A stretch of 64,000 nucleotides of DNA from Tricharina praecox (lineage: Eukaryota), in the NCBI RefSeq assembly GCF_024521635.1, contig NW_026250409.1:744001-808000 (forward strand). Reading direction: 5' to 3'. Of the stretch, positions 1 to 12,989 are shown piece by piece. The position numbers and the translations under genes are program-made. Numbering within the stretch: the stretch's first letter is position 1; the number at the start of each line of letters is the position of its first letter. Below the pieces are notes generated by a model, which was given only the letters and a program-made list of their open reading frames with translations, did no database searches and was not told the origin of the DNA.

Positions 1-1147
1 CGGCGGATGGGCAGCGGATGGGCGCGCGGTGGGCGGTGGACTGTGGCCCTCTCCCGTGCGTATCGATTGCCTTTTGGAGGGAGCTGCAATTGCAGAGGGA
101 GTACTCGAATAGAGGGAGTAGAGGGAGTAGATTAGCTGGAACATGAAGACGCAAAGGCGATCCCTCCGTGAAGACCGAGCTGCGGCGGACGACAGAAGCG
201 GCGGCAGCAAGTTATCACGAACCGAGCGACATCGCAGAGCAATAGAGTCGAGTCCGTAAACCCAGCCAACCACAGCTACATACCACCTACAGGATCTCCA
301 ATTCGGCACTGTCTTCCGGTACGCGAATGCGAATGCCATGTAAGGCGAAGGCGAGGCATTCATGTCGTGAAGATGCCGAGAGTATCTAACCAACTGTCTC
401 TCCATTGCTGGAGCAGGTACATACATGCTCCCTACTCGTACGCACAGTAGGTACGGTAGCGATAGCGGTCCGCTTCGCAATGGCCTTTAACTATTCTTTT
501 TTCAGAGTCGCCTCGCTTGATTTGATAGGCGATACATCTGACCACTTTCCTACATCTGAATCTGATGCCGCCGGATTGCAATTGAGGCCGCAAAAAAAAC
601 ATAAAAATAAACGGCTGCTTGGAGATCATTGATCACGGCTTTCGTTTCGATGTCGATATCGATATCCTTCAGCTTCCTCGATTCTCCCATCAAACATGTC
701 TATACCTAGCAGACTACCTACATCCACCAACTTTACAATCATCCCGACAAGGAGAGGAAACGAAGAAACGAACAAAAAACCACACCCTCAGCCCAGCGTG
801 TCTGTCCCGTTGATACCCGCCGAATCCCCTCCCCACCTCCACTCACCCCTCGGTGCAGTTTTCCGCCCCCTACCCACCCATCCATCGCTATCACCACCGC
901 AACCGCAACCATCATCATTGCAACTTACCGGCCTTGGTGGTGCTCTTCCACCTACATCTCACGAATAAGAGCCGGGAAGTTGCAAGTTGGAAGTTGGAAC
1001 ACCAACACCACCACCAGCTGGCTGGCTCCGGCTACCATGTTGAGCGTTGAGTGTTGAGTGTCGAGTGTGACAAAAGACATAAAAGCCGCGCACGAAGCAC
1101 GAGACCAGTATAGGTGGTATAGGTAATAGTGGTATGTAGTAGTGAAC

Positions 1148-1184
<37 letters not shown>
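1148..1184. repeat. (GCCA)n microsatellite
   Basis: About 9 perfect GCCA units. Confidence 0.95.
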
Positions 1185-1700
1185 AATCGTCATGCTCACT
1201 TCCCTTCCTGCAAAACTGGGCGAGCGACATCCGCGCGGATGGAGGACCGTGGATTACGGCGGAGTACCAGTATACCTGGTAATAGAGTGATCCATCCATC
1301 CGGTTGTGGTTGTGCTAGAAGCTCTCGAATTCGCTCATGTAAATCACCAATGCGTCCGTTCTTGTCGTGTTGTGTCGTCGTGCCAGATGGGAGAAAAACT
1401 TCCTCGTGCAAACCACCATTCATCGGATGATTCCCGCCAGCTCAGTGAATGCCTACATATGGTACCGTAATAATTGAAGATTCGGGGTTCCCACCGCGCT
1501 CTTCCACCTATCCATCCATCCATCCATACAGCCCATCCATCCATACAGCTCATCCATACAGCTCATCCACCCCTCCATCCATTCATCCATCCATGTTTAT
1601 TTTCCACCGTGGTGGATCTCCCCTCCCCTCCCCTCCCCTCCCGTTCCCCCTCCCCCCGTCCGTCCCTCGTCCCTCCCTCGTCCCTGCCACCTGGAGCAGT

Positions 1701-1764
1701 TACCTTACCTACCTTACCTACCTTACCTACCTTACCTACCTTACCTACCTTACCTACCTTACCT
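1701..1764. repeat. 9-bp minisatellite (TACCTTACC)x7
   Basis: Direct reading of the perfect tandem array. Confidence 0.95.
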
Positions 1765-1875
1765 GGCCTTCCCTACTATACAGCACCGCACCGCACATCC
1801 ACGGCGACATCGGCCTCCATCGAACCAATTGAAGCCACGATACGATACGATGCAACATACTACTAGTACCGTGTC

Positions 1876-1933
1876 ATGTATGATATGTATGATATGTATG
1901 ATATGTATGATATGTATGATATGTATGATATGT
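1876..1933. repeat. 9-bp minisatellite (ATGTATGAT)x~6
   Basis: Direct reading of the perfect tandem array. Confidence 0.95.
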
Positions 1934-2164
1934 TTCCCCGGACCGGAGCCAGCACTCCTGCCACACTTATACCACACATTGATTTTACCCCATGATTGCA
2001 TGATTGCATGCGAGAGAGCGTGCGAGAGAGCGATTCATGCGATCGCTGTGTATGGTACATGCCCAGCCTAGTACTTGCTCTACATACCCAGGTGTGTATC
2101 CCTACGTCCGTCCCGCCCCGCGCCTTATGTATGGATGTATGTATGCGTGCTCGACCCCCCGCGC

Positions 2165-2203
2165 TGATGTATGTGATGTATGTGATGTATGTGATGTATG
2201 TGA
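2165..2203. repeat. 9-bp minisatellite (TGATGTATG)x4
   Basis: Direct reading; related to the 1876-1933 unit. Confidence 0.9.
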
Positions 2204-5200
2204 CCCGCCCCCGCCCCCGCCCCCGTTGTGATGTATGTATTGTACAGACATACGAAGTATGGATGGATGGATGGTGTGTACATGTGGATGTGGAGTATGT
2301 ACAGTGAGAACATGTACGACGACGAGAAGTTGCGCGGCGCGGCGCGGCGGGTTTATCAGGTACATACGGTAGATACATGGAGCACGCGGGAAGGCCAAAG
2401 GTGTATGTACCCCTCATTCTCGTCGTCCTATTCCGACTCCGACTTCGACTCCCTGTTTGTAGCTGTCAGTCCGTGTGCATGTCTGTCAGTCCGTCCACCA
2501 GTCTGTCCGTCAGTCCGTCAGTCCGTCCGCCAGTCCGCCAGTCCGTCCGCGTGTGTGCGTGCGCGAGCGCGCCAAATCGATGGCCAGAGCTCACAGACTT
2601 CTATTCTGCTAGATGTTCTACTAGTAGTCCGTAGTCCGGACTCCGGAGCAACGCACGGAACCAGGTAGTTACCGTGCTCTACCGTAGTTAGATCATTCCC
2701 GAGAAGGAAGTTGCCGGTAACTACATGGAGTAGGTACCTACCCGCCCCCGCCCCTCGCCCCTCCGAAGAAGGCGGCGGCGAAAAGAGGATCGTGCTCACA
2801 TCACCATCGCGCACGAGCCTGACGAAATGGGAAAGAAGAAAAACGTGGTGTGTTGGTGTGGGGTGTTCCCTTGACAGCCTAGATGGCGTGGACGGCCTAG
2901 ACGGCGAAAGACGGGCCGGCCGGCGCTGGCTGGCTGGCTGGCTGGCTGGCTGGTTGTCAGTCTGGCTGTGGCGGGAAGCTGGGGGGTTCTGGAAGCCCCC
3001 CCCCCCCCCCACACACACACACACGCACACGCACAGGAAGGAAGGATGCACCGATGCGGGAAGGTTGCGAGTCGGATGGCGCCGGCGCCGGCCACATCGA
3101 GACTGGGGAAAGACGTCCGAGTCGACTTGACTCGACTCGCCTCGACCAAACAAATACTAAACATCGGAGATGTGGACGTCGCATCGCATCATCTCCGTCC
3201 GGAATTCTAACATCTCAACGACATCTCAACGATAGAGTAAAGTTTACTCTGCAGTTTCGTTTACGCGCAACCAACTAGAGTAGATACTGGTTAATTAGTA
3301 CCAACTCTACACCACGTTGCGTGAGATGGTGAGATGGCCTGGCTGGCCGGCCGGCTGGATGGGATGTATGGGATGTGGAAACAAAAACCATGGATCCACA
3401 TCCGTCCTTCGCTCACCCCGCAGGCAAATAGGCACTCTAGATTTCGGCGTGATGTGATGAGATTCTAGAAGGCACCCTACCCATCTCGCCGATATGTAAC
3501 TACTCTCCGGCCAAAAACCCGCACCGCTGTCAAGTTGTAAGCTGTTGGTTACCGAAAACCCAAAACCCCCGAAAACCCGAGAAACTCGCAGAAGAAAAAG
3601 TGAGGTCGATTTGCGTGTATGGTACCCAGATCAGTACTGAACCCGGGGAGCCCACCGTTCGTTTCGTTTCCCGCTCCCCAAGTTCCAACCCAACCCATCG
3701 ATAAACATAGCCCATCGTTTGCCCGGTTCGCGCCTAACAGACTAGAGTAGGTAGCTAACGCGTATGCACGCACGCGATCCGGATCGTGCAAACTTGCTTC
3801 GAGGCACTCGTTCTGAGTTCAAGACACCATCTCCAAATTCTGCCTACATCCGGGGGGGAGCCCGGGCCCCGGGGGACATGGTCCGGTCCTTTGCCGTCCT
3901 CGTCCTCGTCCTCGTCGTTGCTGCTGTCGCTGTCGTCGCCGAGGTGGGCTGCACAGCGAAATACCTTGTTAAGCACTTGCTTGCGATTGGCGACTGGATG
4001 ACTGGATGATGGATGGCTTCCGGTCGTTGGCGGCGGCGGCGGCGGCGGCGGCATCACGTCACTTCGACATGTCAAACGAATAGTACCCGACCCACCACCA
4101 CCACCACCAACGCCGCCGGCAATCTACCGAGTCCTACATACATCCCCAGAGTACGTACATACGGTGCTCCGCCTCCGCGTTCTCCCCCACTATTTACTCT
4201 ACCTGCTGTACTCTACTCTGGTTATGTACGAGTTATGTACGGCGCAGAGAGAAGTCCGAACTCCGCATCCACAGATGTGCCAGGACGAACGACGGCCGAC
4301 GAACGACAACCACCTCCAGCATCACGACCACCACTACCACCACCACGCCTACCACCAGCAGCAGCAGCAGCAGTCCCAGAAACGCACGGATCAGGAGGGA
4401 AGGAGGGAAGAGAGGGAAGTCAATCATAAGAGGCAGTAAGAAAAAGCAACAAGTACCTACCTAGCATACTCTACCTACTCTATGTACCGATTTCTACGCG
4501 ATGCATCGATCCTCCCTCCCTCCCTCCCTCCACCTGTCCCGCGCGGCGCCGCAGCTGGCCAAAAAAGGAAAATGGGTGGAAAAGAAAAATGGGTGGAAAA
4601 GGGAAAGAAAAGAAAGAAAGAGAAAAGAAAAAACCATGGAAGAAGCCGTGGAAACCCCCGTGGAAAACCCCATGGACAAAGCCGGCTGTTTGCGAGCGAC
4701 GTGCGTTCCATGATTGAATGCCCGTTTGGTTTCACCTGGGTTTGCTACTCTACCTACTGGTAATTGAGTACGCCCTACTCTACGGTAGGTAAGGGAGGCA
4801 AGGTAAATTCGTGATCACGAGCTCGGAAACTCTGACCTCACCGGTGTGAAACGCACAAATGCTTGCTGCCCGCCGATCCCAAATTCCCAAGTACGGGCCG
4901 CCTCGTTTGATGGTGCCATTGGCAAAGTATTCCGTCTGGTCGCGAGAACAGGGAAACAAACCAAAGAAAACAAACCCAAAAAATGAAATATAAGAAGCGC
5001 GCGTCAAGGTCACGTGCGCGGGATGTTCCCTACAATGGTACGGTGCGGGATTCAAGCTTTGGGTTCACATGGTGATAATCCATGGCGGGCCTCGTCGTAT
5101 CATTACCACATGCACTCGACCCCGCCCTACCCCGCCATATCCAGCTATTCGTGGTCCCCTTCACCTCACCTCCATCCATCCGTCCATGGCCAGGACAACC

Positions 5201-6035
5201 ACGCCGCGGGTGCATGTATATTCTTTTCTACTATCTGTTCCACTGTCCACGGCACCCTGATGCTCGAAAATAAGCATTCGACCGACACACCGCACCGCAC
5301 CGTCCCGGCCCCACTGGAGCTGTTGCTGGAGCTACAACCCATCCACCCACACATCCACCGACCCATCCACCTGCCTGCCACCCGTACCCCACACACCCTA
5401 CTAAGGCAGCAGCCCCCAACGGCCCCCATACATAGGCATGCAGGTAACACGCTTGGCGATGATACCTATGATGGAGTGATCTCTACTGTGTGGTGGTTCG
5501 CCTGCTTTACACACACCTACGTACCGTCTACGGAAGACTGGACCGCAATACCAACATACCAACCATGTACCTATGTGACATGGACCTATACACATGTATA
5601 CCTACGGACATACCGGTTTCCAAGGACCAAGGATTCCCCAGACGTGCTCCGGTTGGATGGTTGGATGGTTGGATGGTAGGTACTCTGCTAGGTTGTAGGT
5701 AGTAGGTAGGTAGTATGTAGTGGGCATCGTATGATCGTCGTCCGCGAACGGATGGCGTGCGTCGCGGAGGCTCGTTCCGTGGATTCAGTAACGGGTGTAT
5801 CCACATAGGCACTTGGGTTCGTGGGTATTCGTGGACTGCTCGGGGGACCGAGGTTCAACGTTTACGTGCTGTCTGGCTGTTTACGTACAGGCTGGCTGGC
5901 TGGATGAGGCGTGTGGATGTGGACTTGGATGTGGATGTGGGGTGCAGTATCGAACTCTCTGACACTTGCGCCGTGCGGAAGTCGTCCCGTGTTGTTGCCG
6001 CTGTCGGCGGGTGGGCTGCTGGAAGTACCATCTAT

Positions 6036-6647
6036 GAAGCATGGAATTACTGTCGGAGCACCTGCGATATCACTTCTACATACTCCTTCACACTTGGTAA
6101 CTTGGGGCCCAACGGACGGGTTAGCCAATGGAGGTTCGGTCCACACGAAGACCCGGTCCTGCTACGACTCATCACGACCGCAGGATCCCAATGTCGAAGC
6201 ATAGAATTGCTGCCGAAGCACCTACGATATCACTTCTATGTACCTACAGTTCTACTCCTTCACACTTGAATCCCAACGGACGGGTTAGCCAATGGATCCC
6301 CAGCCCTCACGAAGGCTCGGTCCTGCTACAATCCATCCGAATGGACTCTTGAGTCTTGAAACGCCCATCGCAGCCGCGGCCGCGTCCAGCCAAGTACGGT
6401 CGCAGGATTTCAATGTCGAAGCATAGAACTACTGTCATATCACTTCTACCGGTACTCCTTCACACTTGGGTCTCTAGAGTCCCGGCGGGCGGGTTGACCA
6501 ATGGATCCTCGGCCCTCACGAAGACCCGAACCTGCTATACGCTATACATACGACGCATCCCGAGTGGATTCTTGAGTCTCGCAGCCCCCCATCGTAGCCG
6601 CCGCCGCGTCTAGCCAAGTACGGCCGCAGGATCTCAATGAATGTCGA
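6036..6647. repeat. Degenerate tandem repeat, 3 copies of a 160-230 bp unit
   Basis: Units start at 6036, 6196 and 6418. Shared blocks: GAAGCATRGAA, ATATCACTTCTA, TACTCCTTCACACTTG, CCAATGGA, CACGAAG, CCTGCTA, CGCAGGAT. Confidence 0.85.
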
Positions 6648-8770
6648 CGCTCTTGGTGAACTGTGGGGAAGAGCAGTGAGCACGATCCAATGCGATGCGA
6701 TTAGCCAGTGCTCAGCGAATCGACTCGAGCTCATCCGGATGGATTGCGAGCTGGAGCTGGAGCTGGAGCCTCTCCCATCTCTCCCATCTCATCTCGAATC
6801 CACATATATACTATACACCCCCAATCCCCATCCCCCATTCCCATCCCCATCCCCTCCTCCCGCAACCCCATACATATCATACATATCATACTCCGGGGAA
6901 AGAATGCGAGACACGCGAGCACATGCGATGAGCAGAAGGAAATAAAGAAAGAAGGAAAGTCTGCAGATCTGCAGCGGGGATGGTAGTCAGTGGCTCGGCT
7001 CGGCAGATCTACCCAGTGTTAAACCTCAAACCATAACGGACCACGGCCACGGATTTTGTTTTTCTTAGAGTGGCTGGATGGATGGATGGGTGTCGCAGAA
7101 ATGGGGGGACTCGGGGGAGGGGGGGAGTGGGATTCGAGATTCGAGATGAAGCGACATATACTTCTTACCTACACACATACATAACCCACCTACATATCAC
7201 CGACCAGCCGTCTCCGCCGCCGCAATTGGAGCGGTAACATCCGGCATCTTCCTGTGCGAAGTTCGGCCGCCTCTGAGCCGTCAGCCCAACGATGATCGCG
7301 AATGCTGCATAAGTAGAGTACCAACCGACAGTCAACCACTCAATCAACCACTCACTGCAGAAGCCCTGCCTTCTTGGCTCCAGCCGATGGCCGATAAACT
7401 TTCGTCGAGTACATGGTAGTTATACCTAGTACAGTGGTACTACAGCCTCCAACTCTCCGAGTCCAGCTGGGCGCATGCTTCTACAAATATAGGTAATAGG
7501 TAGCGTGACATACGGTAGTAACTGTAGTAACGGTACAATGGAATACGGTACGGTATTAACCGCTGACTGCTGACCGCTGATCAGGACAGTTGCATCCGCT
7601 ATGCCCATAGGTCATCGCTCATAGGCCCATATAGTACTTTGGCCTCTGGAGAAGTAGAGTAGATACTCCAGCCTCGAATCTCGAAACCCACGGTGTGTAA
7701 GACTGTAAGTACGGTAGTTTACCTCTCTCTCATGTCCCGAACCGCTCCAACTCCAACCCAACTCCATCCAGTCCCAACCCAACCACCCCCCAAACCCACC
7801 CCCGCAAACCCCCCCAGCCGCCGCCACGATCGTGAATCTCACACACAAAAGCAACCCCACCTTATGTACCGGCCACGGGCTACCGCACATCAATCCCACC
7901 GGCCACTGCACATCAATCCCCCCCCCCCCCAACCCAACGGGCGGACGAGCGAGCGAGCGAGAGAGGGGACGCACGAGGGGACGCACGAGGGGACGCGCGT
8001 ATGCCTCCTCTTCCTGCTCGGAATCACGAGGCTCAATCGATCGGACGTATGCAAACTACCTACAAACTCGGTCAGCTGGCGGCGGCGGCACGGCATAAAC
8101 GGTGGTCGGTGGTTGGTTTCATGGAGTCCTTGGCGTTACTCGGGTCCTTGGGCTCGCATTCGCTCACTGTTCCTGGACAAGACAAGAAAATGCGGGGTAT
8201 GTATGTAACCAATTAGTCCGGGGTTTCCTCGGTTCTATTCGCATAAATACAAACAGTGGAGCGACCGACCTCCGTCCGGTCTGCCCTATAGCTGCCGGCA
8301 CTCTATTAACCGATGAATGACCAGACGAACACGGCCACTGGCCCTCGTCGTGAGGATGTGAGCTTCGGGATCGTGGATTGCGCACGCATCGCGATGGGGT
8401 ACTACAGTACTAACCGTAACTACAGCCCCGGCTGCAGGTCTCAAAGGTAAAAAGGTACTTTGCATTTTCTACGGACTCAAACTCCACAAAAAGCGTATTG
8501 TACCTGCGCGATCCAACCCCTCCATCCCCTTTCCTACCCCCCACAAAAGAACAAGGAACCCGGGAACGCCGTAGTAGAACAAGTAGAAGAGTAACAAGTA
8601 AAATCTGTATTTTTTCTTTGCAAGCGCGAGAGTGCGTGCGGGCCGCAGTTAGCGATCAAGAAACGGCGAACGGCGACGGGGCTGCTACTAGAGTATCTAG
8701 TTTCGCAGTAAGGAGTAAGAAAGTAAACTACCACTCACCCCACGCGAGTCGCGAACAGAACTTCACTTTT

Positions 8771-11408
8771 CTAATGGTCGACATCCTCCCACGCCCTGCC
8801 CTGTACGGCTGACAATTCTTCCATGCTCATGACCTTGCCGGTGGTGAAGTACCTATTGTCTAGCGTAAGCGCTCTCGTCCACAACTGACCAATGCCACTT
8901 GCCGCTGCTGCTGCAAAAAAAATCTTCTGAAGATTCCGTTCGCTGCAGCAGCAGTACAAAGTGGGCATGTCGGGATTCAGTATGCTCACCCGGCGTGGAT
9001 CTTTGCGTCAATTTCCACCCTGGAGTCGTCGGGAATCATCGAATCCGGAATCGGGACTCGCTCGAGGATGGGGATGCCTTGCTCGACGATAGCATCATGC
9101 TTCATGCTACAGCGGACACATCGTTAGCATACGTCTTTTTCTCACAACTTTTTTTTTCTTCTTTCAATCTCGCGATTCCCCGGACGACGGGAATTATCCG
9201 CTCCACGAATGACAGAGATAATTGATGACTTACTTCGACATGGATAGCATACGGTCGATCTTGGTGATACCCAGCCAATGGAGGATCTGCACCGGCGACT
9301 ATCAGTGCTTCCGGACGCGAAAGGAACTTCCCGCGCGAGCGAGGAACAAAAGGTGTGGCGCCACATACATCGGGCATCAATGCCTGGAACCTCATATCCT
9401 GGAGATCTGTGTCAGTATAACGGAACATCACTTCCGGCAGATATTTCCGCCTGCTGAGTACATTACATACCTTGACTCCTGCGATGTTCTATCCCATCAA
9501 TCCAGACGATCAGTATCTCTTCCGAACCACTTTACGCTTCAAGGTGCCTACCTCAGTCCTGGTACAGGTACAAAGCCAAGTTAGCGCATCTCAACATGTG
9601 CGGCGGCCAATAACAATATCTGCAAGGCGCCCAAGGAAAACAATTACATACCTCTGGAAGTACTCGCTTGCCCTGTCGACTCCGCGTTTTCCTATCCGCC
9701 GGAAGCCCGTCCCAGTCAGTTTACATCCAATCGGTTATGCATATGGAATGCAATAATATGGAAGGGCTGAGCGTACGGGCATTGTATACGAGGTACTATA
9801 CGCGAGAACGAAGATATATGTATTAGCTCGGATATCCAGCGAGGGGCGTGCCACGCGGCAGCAGATATACATACCTTGGTGACTTCTCCTAGGGCTCTTC
9901 CTTCCTTGCGGAAATAGATTACCACCCCGCTTCCGCCCTTCTGCGCTTCCTTAACGGCTTCCTCGATACCGAACAGCAGATACGGCCGGCAGGTGCAGAT
10001 GTCGGAACCAAACACGTCCGAGCCGTTGCACTCGTCGTGAACACGCAGTGCGAGCTTGACATTGGGGTCCGACATCTTGGCGACATCACCGAAGCAGTAC
10101 ACCGTCAATCCTCCAATCGGCGGCATGAATATTTTGATATCCGGACGAGTGATCAGCTCCGGGAAAGATCCACCGGTGTTGTCAAACAGAGAACGACGCA
10201 GGGTGCCCTCATCTGTGCATGAGAGAAAAATGAGTTAGCTGGGAAATCTCTGTCGGATGCTGCGAACCGGGCTGGCCAACTGGCGAACGATTGCATATGC
10301 AAGCATATCAAACACAGATTGGGGAGCATATGCAGAGCAAAGCACCCCGGACGGTTTTTTTTCTTCTTCTTTTTTCTTTCACTTTCATGTGGAGCGATTC
10401 TATTTTTTCCAACGTACCAATACCAAATCTCTCAGCGACTCCCGGCAGATACCAGACAGGCTCTACGGCGAACTTTGTGACAGCCAACTCTCCAAACTCG
10501 TTCATCACAATCTTGCCATCCACTTCTAGGGTGCCGTCGCGGACGGACTGCTCGAGTTCAGGCAGACGCATGTGGGCCTTGGTGACAGCGATGGTGGGGC
10601 GGATCTCGACACCCTCCTTGTCGATGTATTCCTTGTAGAGCCATGGGGCAAGATGGCCGTATGGGTCCATAGCGACGATCTTCTTGGGGTCGGACCATGC
10701 CGGGAACGGGCCGATAGTAGCTGCAGGCTCAGTGTTGGTGAAGTCAGGCTTGTGGTCGGGTTTCAGCTCGTTGATGGCGAGAGCCAGAGCATGGTAGATG
10801 CTGTAAGAACCGCCATGGGCACCAATAGCTGGGGAGCGCACCGAATTAGCACTCCATAATTTAGCGGACGATATCGGTCAGCCAGCAGAGATAAGGGCGG
10901 GGGGTCGTCGGCAGAGCCATACGTGTCTCGCCTTCCGCTGTTTGCTGTCCGATATCTGCGTATGCGTCTCCGTGAGAACCAACTAACCGTTTCTGCGTCT
11001 GACGGTTTGGGTGCCTCTGGCAACCACTATGGGGCCCCTCTTCATTGGGTCCTTCTCGCCCCAGTTCATGATGACGGGATCAATGCCGCTCTGGCCGGGG
11101 TAAGTGGTCAGGATGATTCTGGAAGTGGTTGGCTTCTTCTGCACGGTGGAGCCGGCGGCGGAGATGGTGGCTGTCACTTCCGACGGCGGGGCCTGCTCCT
11201 CGGTCGACGGCGATTGGGGGACCACGACGGCCTTGGTGCCGACGGGCGTCTTGGGACGAGCTGCATCTCTGAGCTCCTTGACGTCGGCAAGGGCATTGAC
11301 GCGGCCGTTGATTGCGTCGACGGCGGCGGCAAGCGCTTTCTGGTCGTGCTGGATCGAGGTGACGGCTGCAAGCAGCTTCTCGAGGAGGAGAGCTGAGTTA
11401 TCCGACAT
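8771..11408 (-). CDS. urg1: URC1/urg1-type GTP cyclohydrolase II-like protein (uracil catabolism / uracil-regulated)
   Basis: Exons 11408-10988, 10828-10418, 10212-9875, 9795-9777, 9691-9652, 9558-9552, 9488-9471, 9398-9369, 9286-9234, 9106-8990, 8852-8771, all GT-AG and in phase. Motifs RIILTTYPGQ, RNAIGAHGGSYSIY, RVHDECNGSDVFGSDICTCRPYL, KEGRALGEVTK, DMRFQALMPD. Confidence 0.93.
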
Positions 11409-12989
11409 GTTGGGGGTGGGTGAGGTTGGTGGCTGTTTTTATTATTTGTTTTTGTAAGGGTTATGTACGATGATTGTTGTTGTTGTTGATGGGTGGTAGT
11501 TACTTGTAGGAGGGTTGTAGCGGAGGGGTTGTGATTGAAAGGCAGAGGGGGTGGTGGGGGAGGAGGAGGGGGGAGACGTGACAAGAGGGCAACACAGCAC
11601 AGCACAGCAGGAGCTCAGGGACTTAAGTAAGGGAGGGGACGAAGGCAGGAAGGGTCCGATCGGTCCCTTTCCTTTCCTTTCGCTTGATGTCGGGCGTCTC
11701 TGTGTCTCTCTGCTCCACTCTAGTCCACCGTTGGTTGGCATCGTCGATCGGAGGAGGGGGATGGGGAGAGGGGATTCGATACACAGAGTCACAAGATGCT
11801 CGCAAATAGCGGCGCGTTGCCCGATGTCGTCAATGAATGGGGCGACGGCAGGTGAGGGAGTGAGCACTGTTCCCTTGGACGCAGTCGCTTGTTGACTTGC
11901 TGTTGACGCTGGAGTCAAACATGGAGGAGGTCTGTATGTAGGGTGAGTTGTCCAGCGCGAACCGTGCCCTCTGCCGTCTCCAGTGGCCGCCCGCCGCCGC
12001 CGTCGCCGCCGCAACATCCGTACCCCTCTATCGATGATGATGCGTTACCAATCGTCTTTTGACGTCCTGCTGTGTTTGCGAATGCCTTACGGTGCTCTGG
12101 AGAAGACTGCTCTGTCCCTCCATCTTGACTACTCGCTCTCAATCCCGCCCTCCTCCTCCTCCCCCTATCCCGTAGTCTCAGACAATCCCCGTGAGCTCTC
12201 AGCAGGAGCTCTATCGACCGGGCGTCATGACTAGCATCCTAGAGCTTCGGGACACGTTATCAAGCAAGCTTGCTTCCCCGCGATTGAAGCTGATTGAGCT
12301 AAGTACCATACTCTAATAGAGCCAGCAGCGCCGTAACCGCTCTGGGAAGCTCCACTTGACCCCGTCGGTTGCCGACGGCACACACTCGCTGCAAGCGTGG
12401 ATCATATGTCGGCCGCGGCGGGACGCGTTGAACCGGCGGCTTCGTTCGCCCCGGCCCTGCGCCCGGAGCTCATCCAGCGCCATGTTTGGGAGACGGGAAT
12501 CGCCTGGCTACCTACCTGCAAGAGACGATGGTGAGATGGATAGTAGGTACTATATCGGGCTCTCCAACGGTGACTGTGTGATTGGATTCGAGATTGCTCT
12601 CAAGCGGGAGGCATTGAAATGGCTATATACAACTTTCTTTAACTACGCGTGAACTGGATCCTCCACTCTCCATATGTAAAACGTTTGGAGCGGAGCTGGA
12701 GGCTCTAAGTAGCGAGCTTGAATCGCGCACGTGGACTTTTGAATACCGATTCACTTGGTTAAGTTTGTATGTAGCGGGCCCATTATCACGTGCACCAGAG
12801 CCTACGTGGGCTAGCTACTCTAGCAGCACTAGCCCACCGTTGTAGAGTTCCAAGTGAGCGCCATGCTTCGCCGACGCCCGCCGCCGACGCCAACTTCCAT
12901 CCGCACACAAACACCGCACTCTACACACCCAGCATCCAGCACACACCTACCACGCTCTCGACCTCTCGCACCGTAATCAATTACACACC

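Noticed and set aside
6036..6647. Repeat-spacer-like array (CRISPR?)
   Set aside because: Eukaryotic context, whole units are homologous with no unique spacers, and no cas genes.
405..8400. Dozens of 60-220 aa ORFs (e.g. LTYLTY, ICMICM, poly-P/H peptides)
   Set aside because: Produced by microsatellites and low-complexity DNA; no recognisable domain or coherent splice structure.
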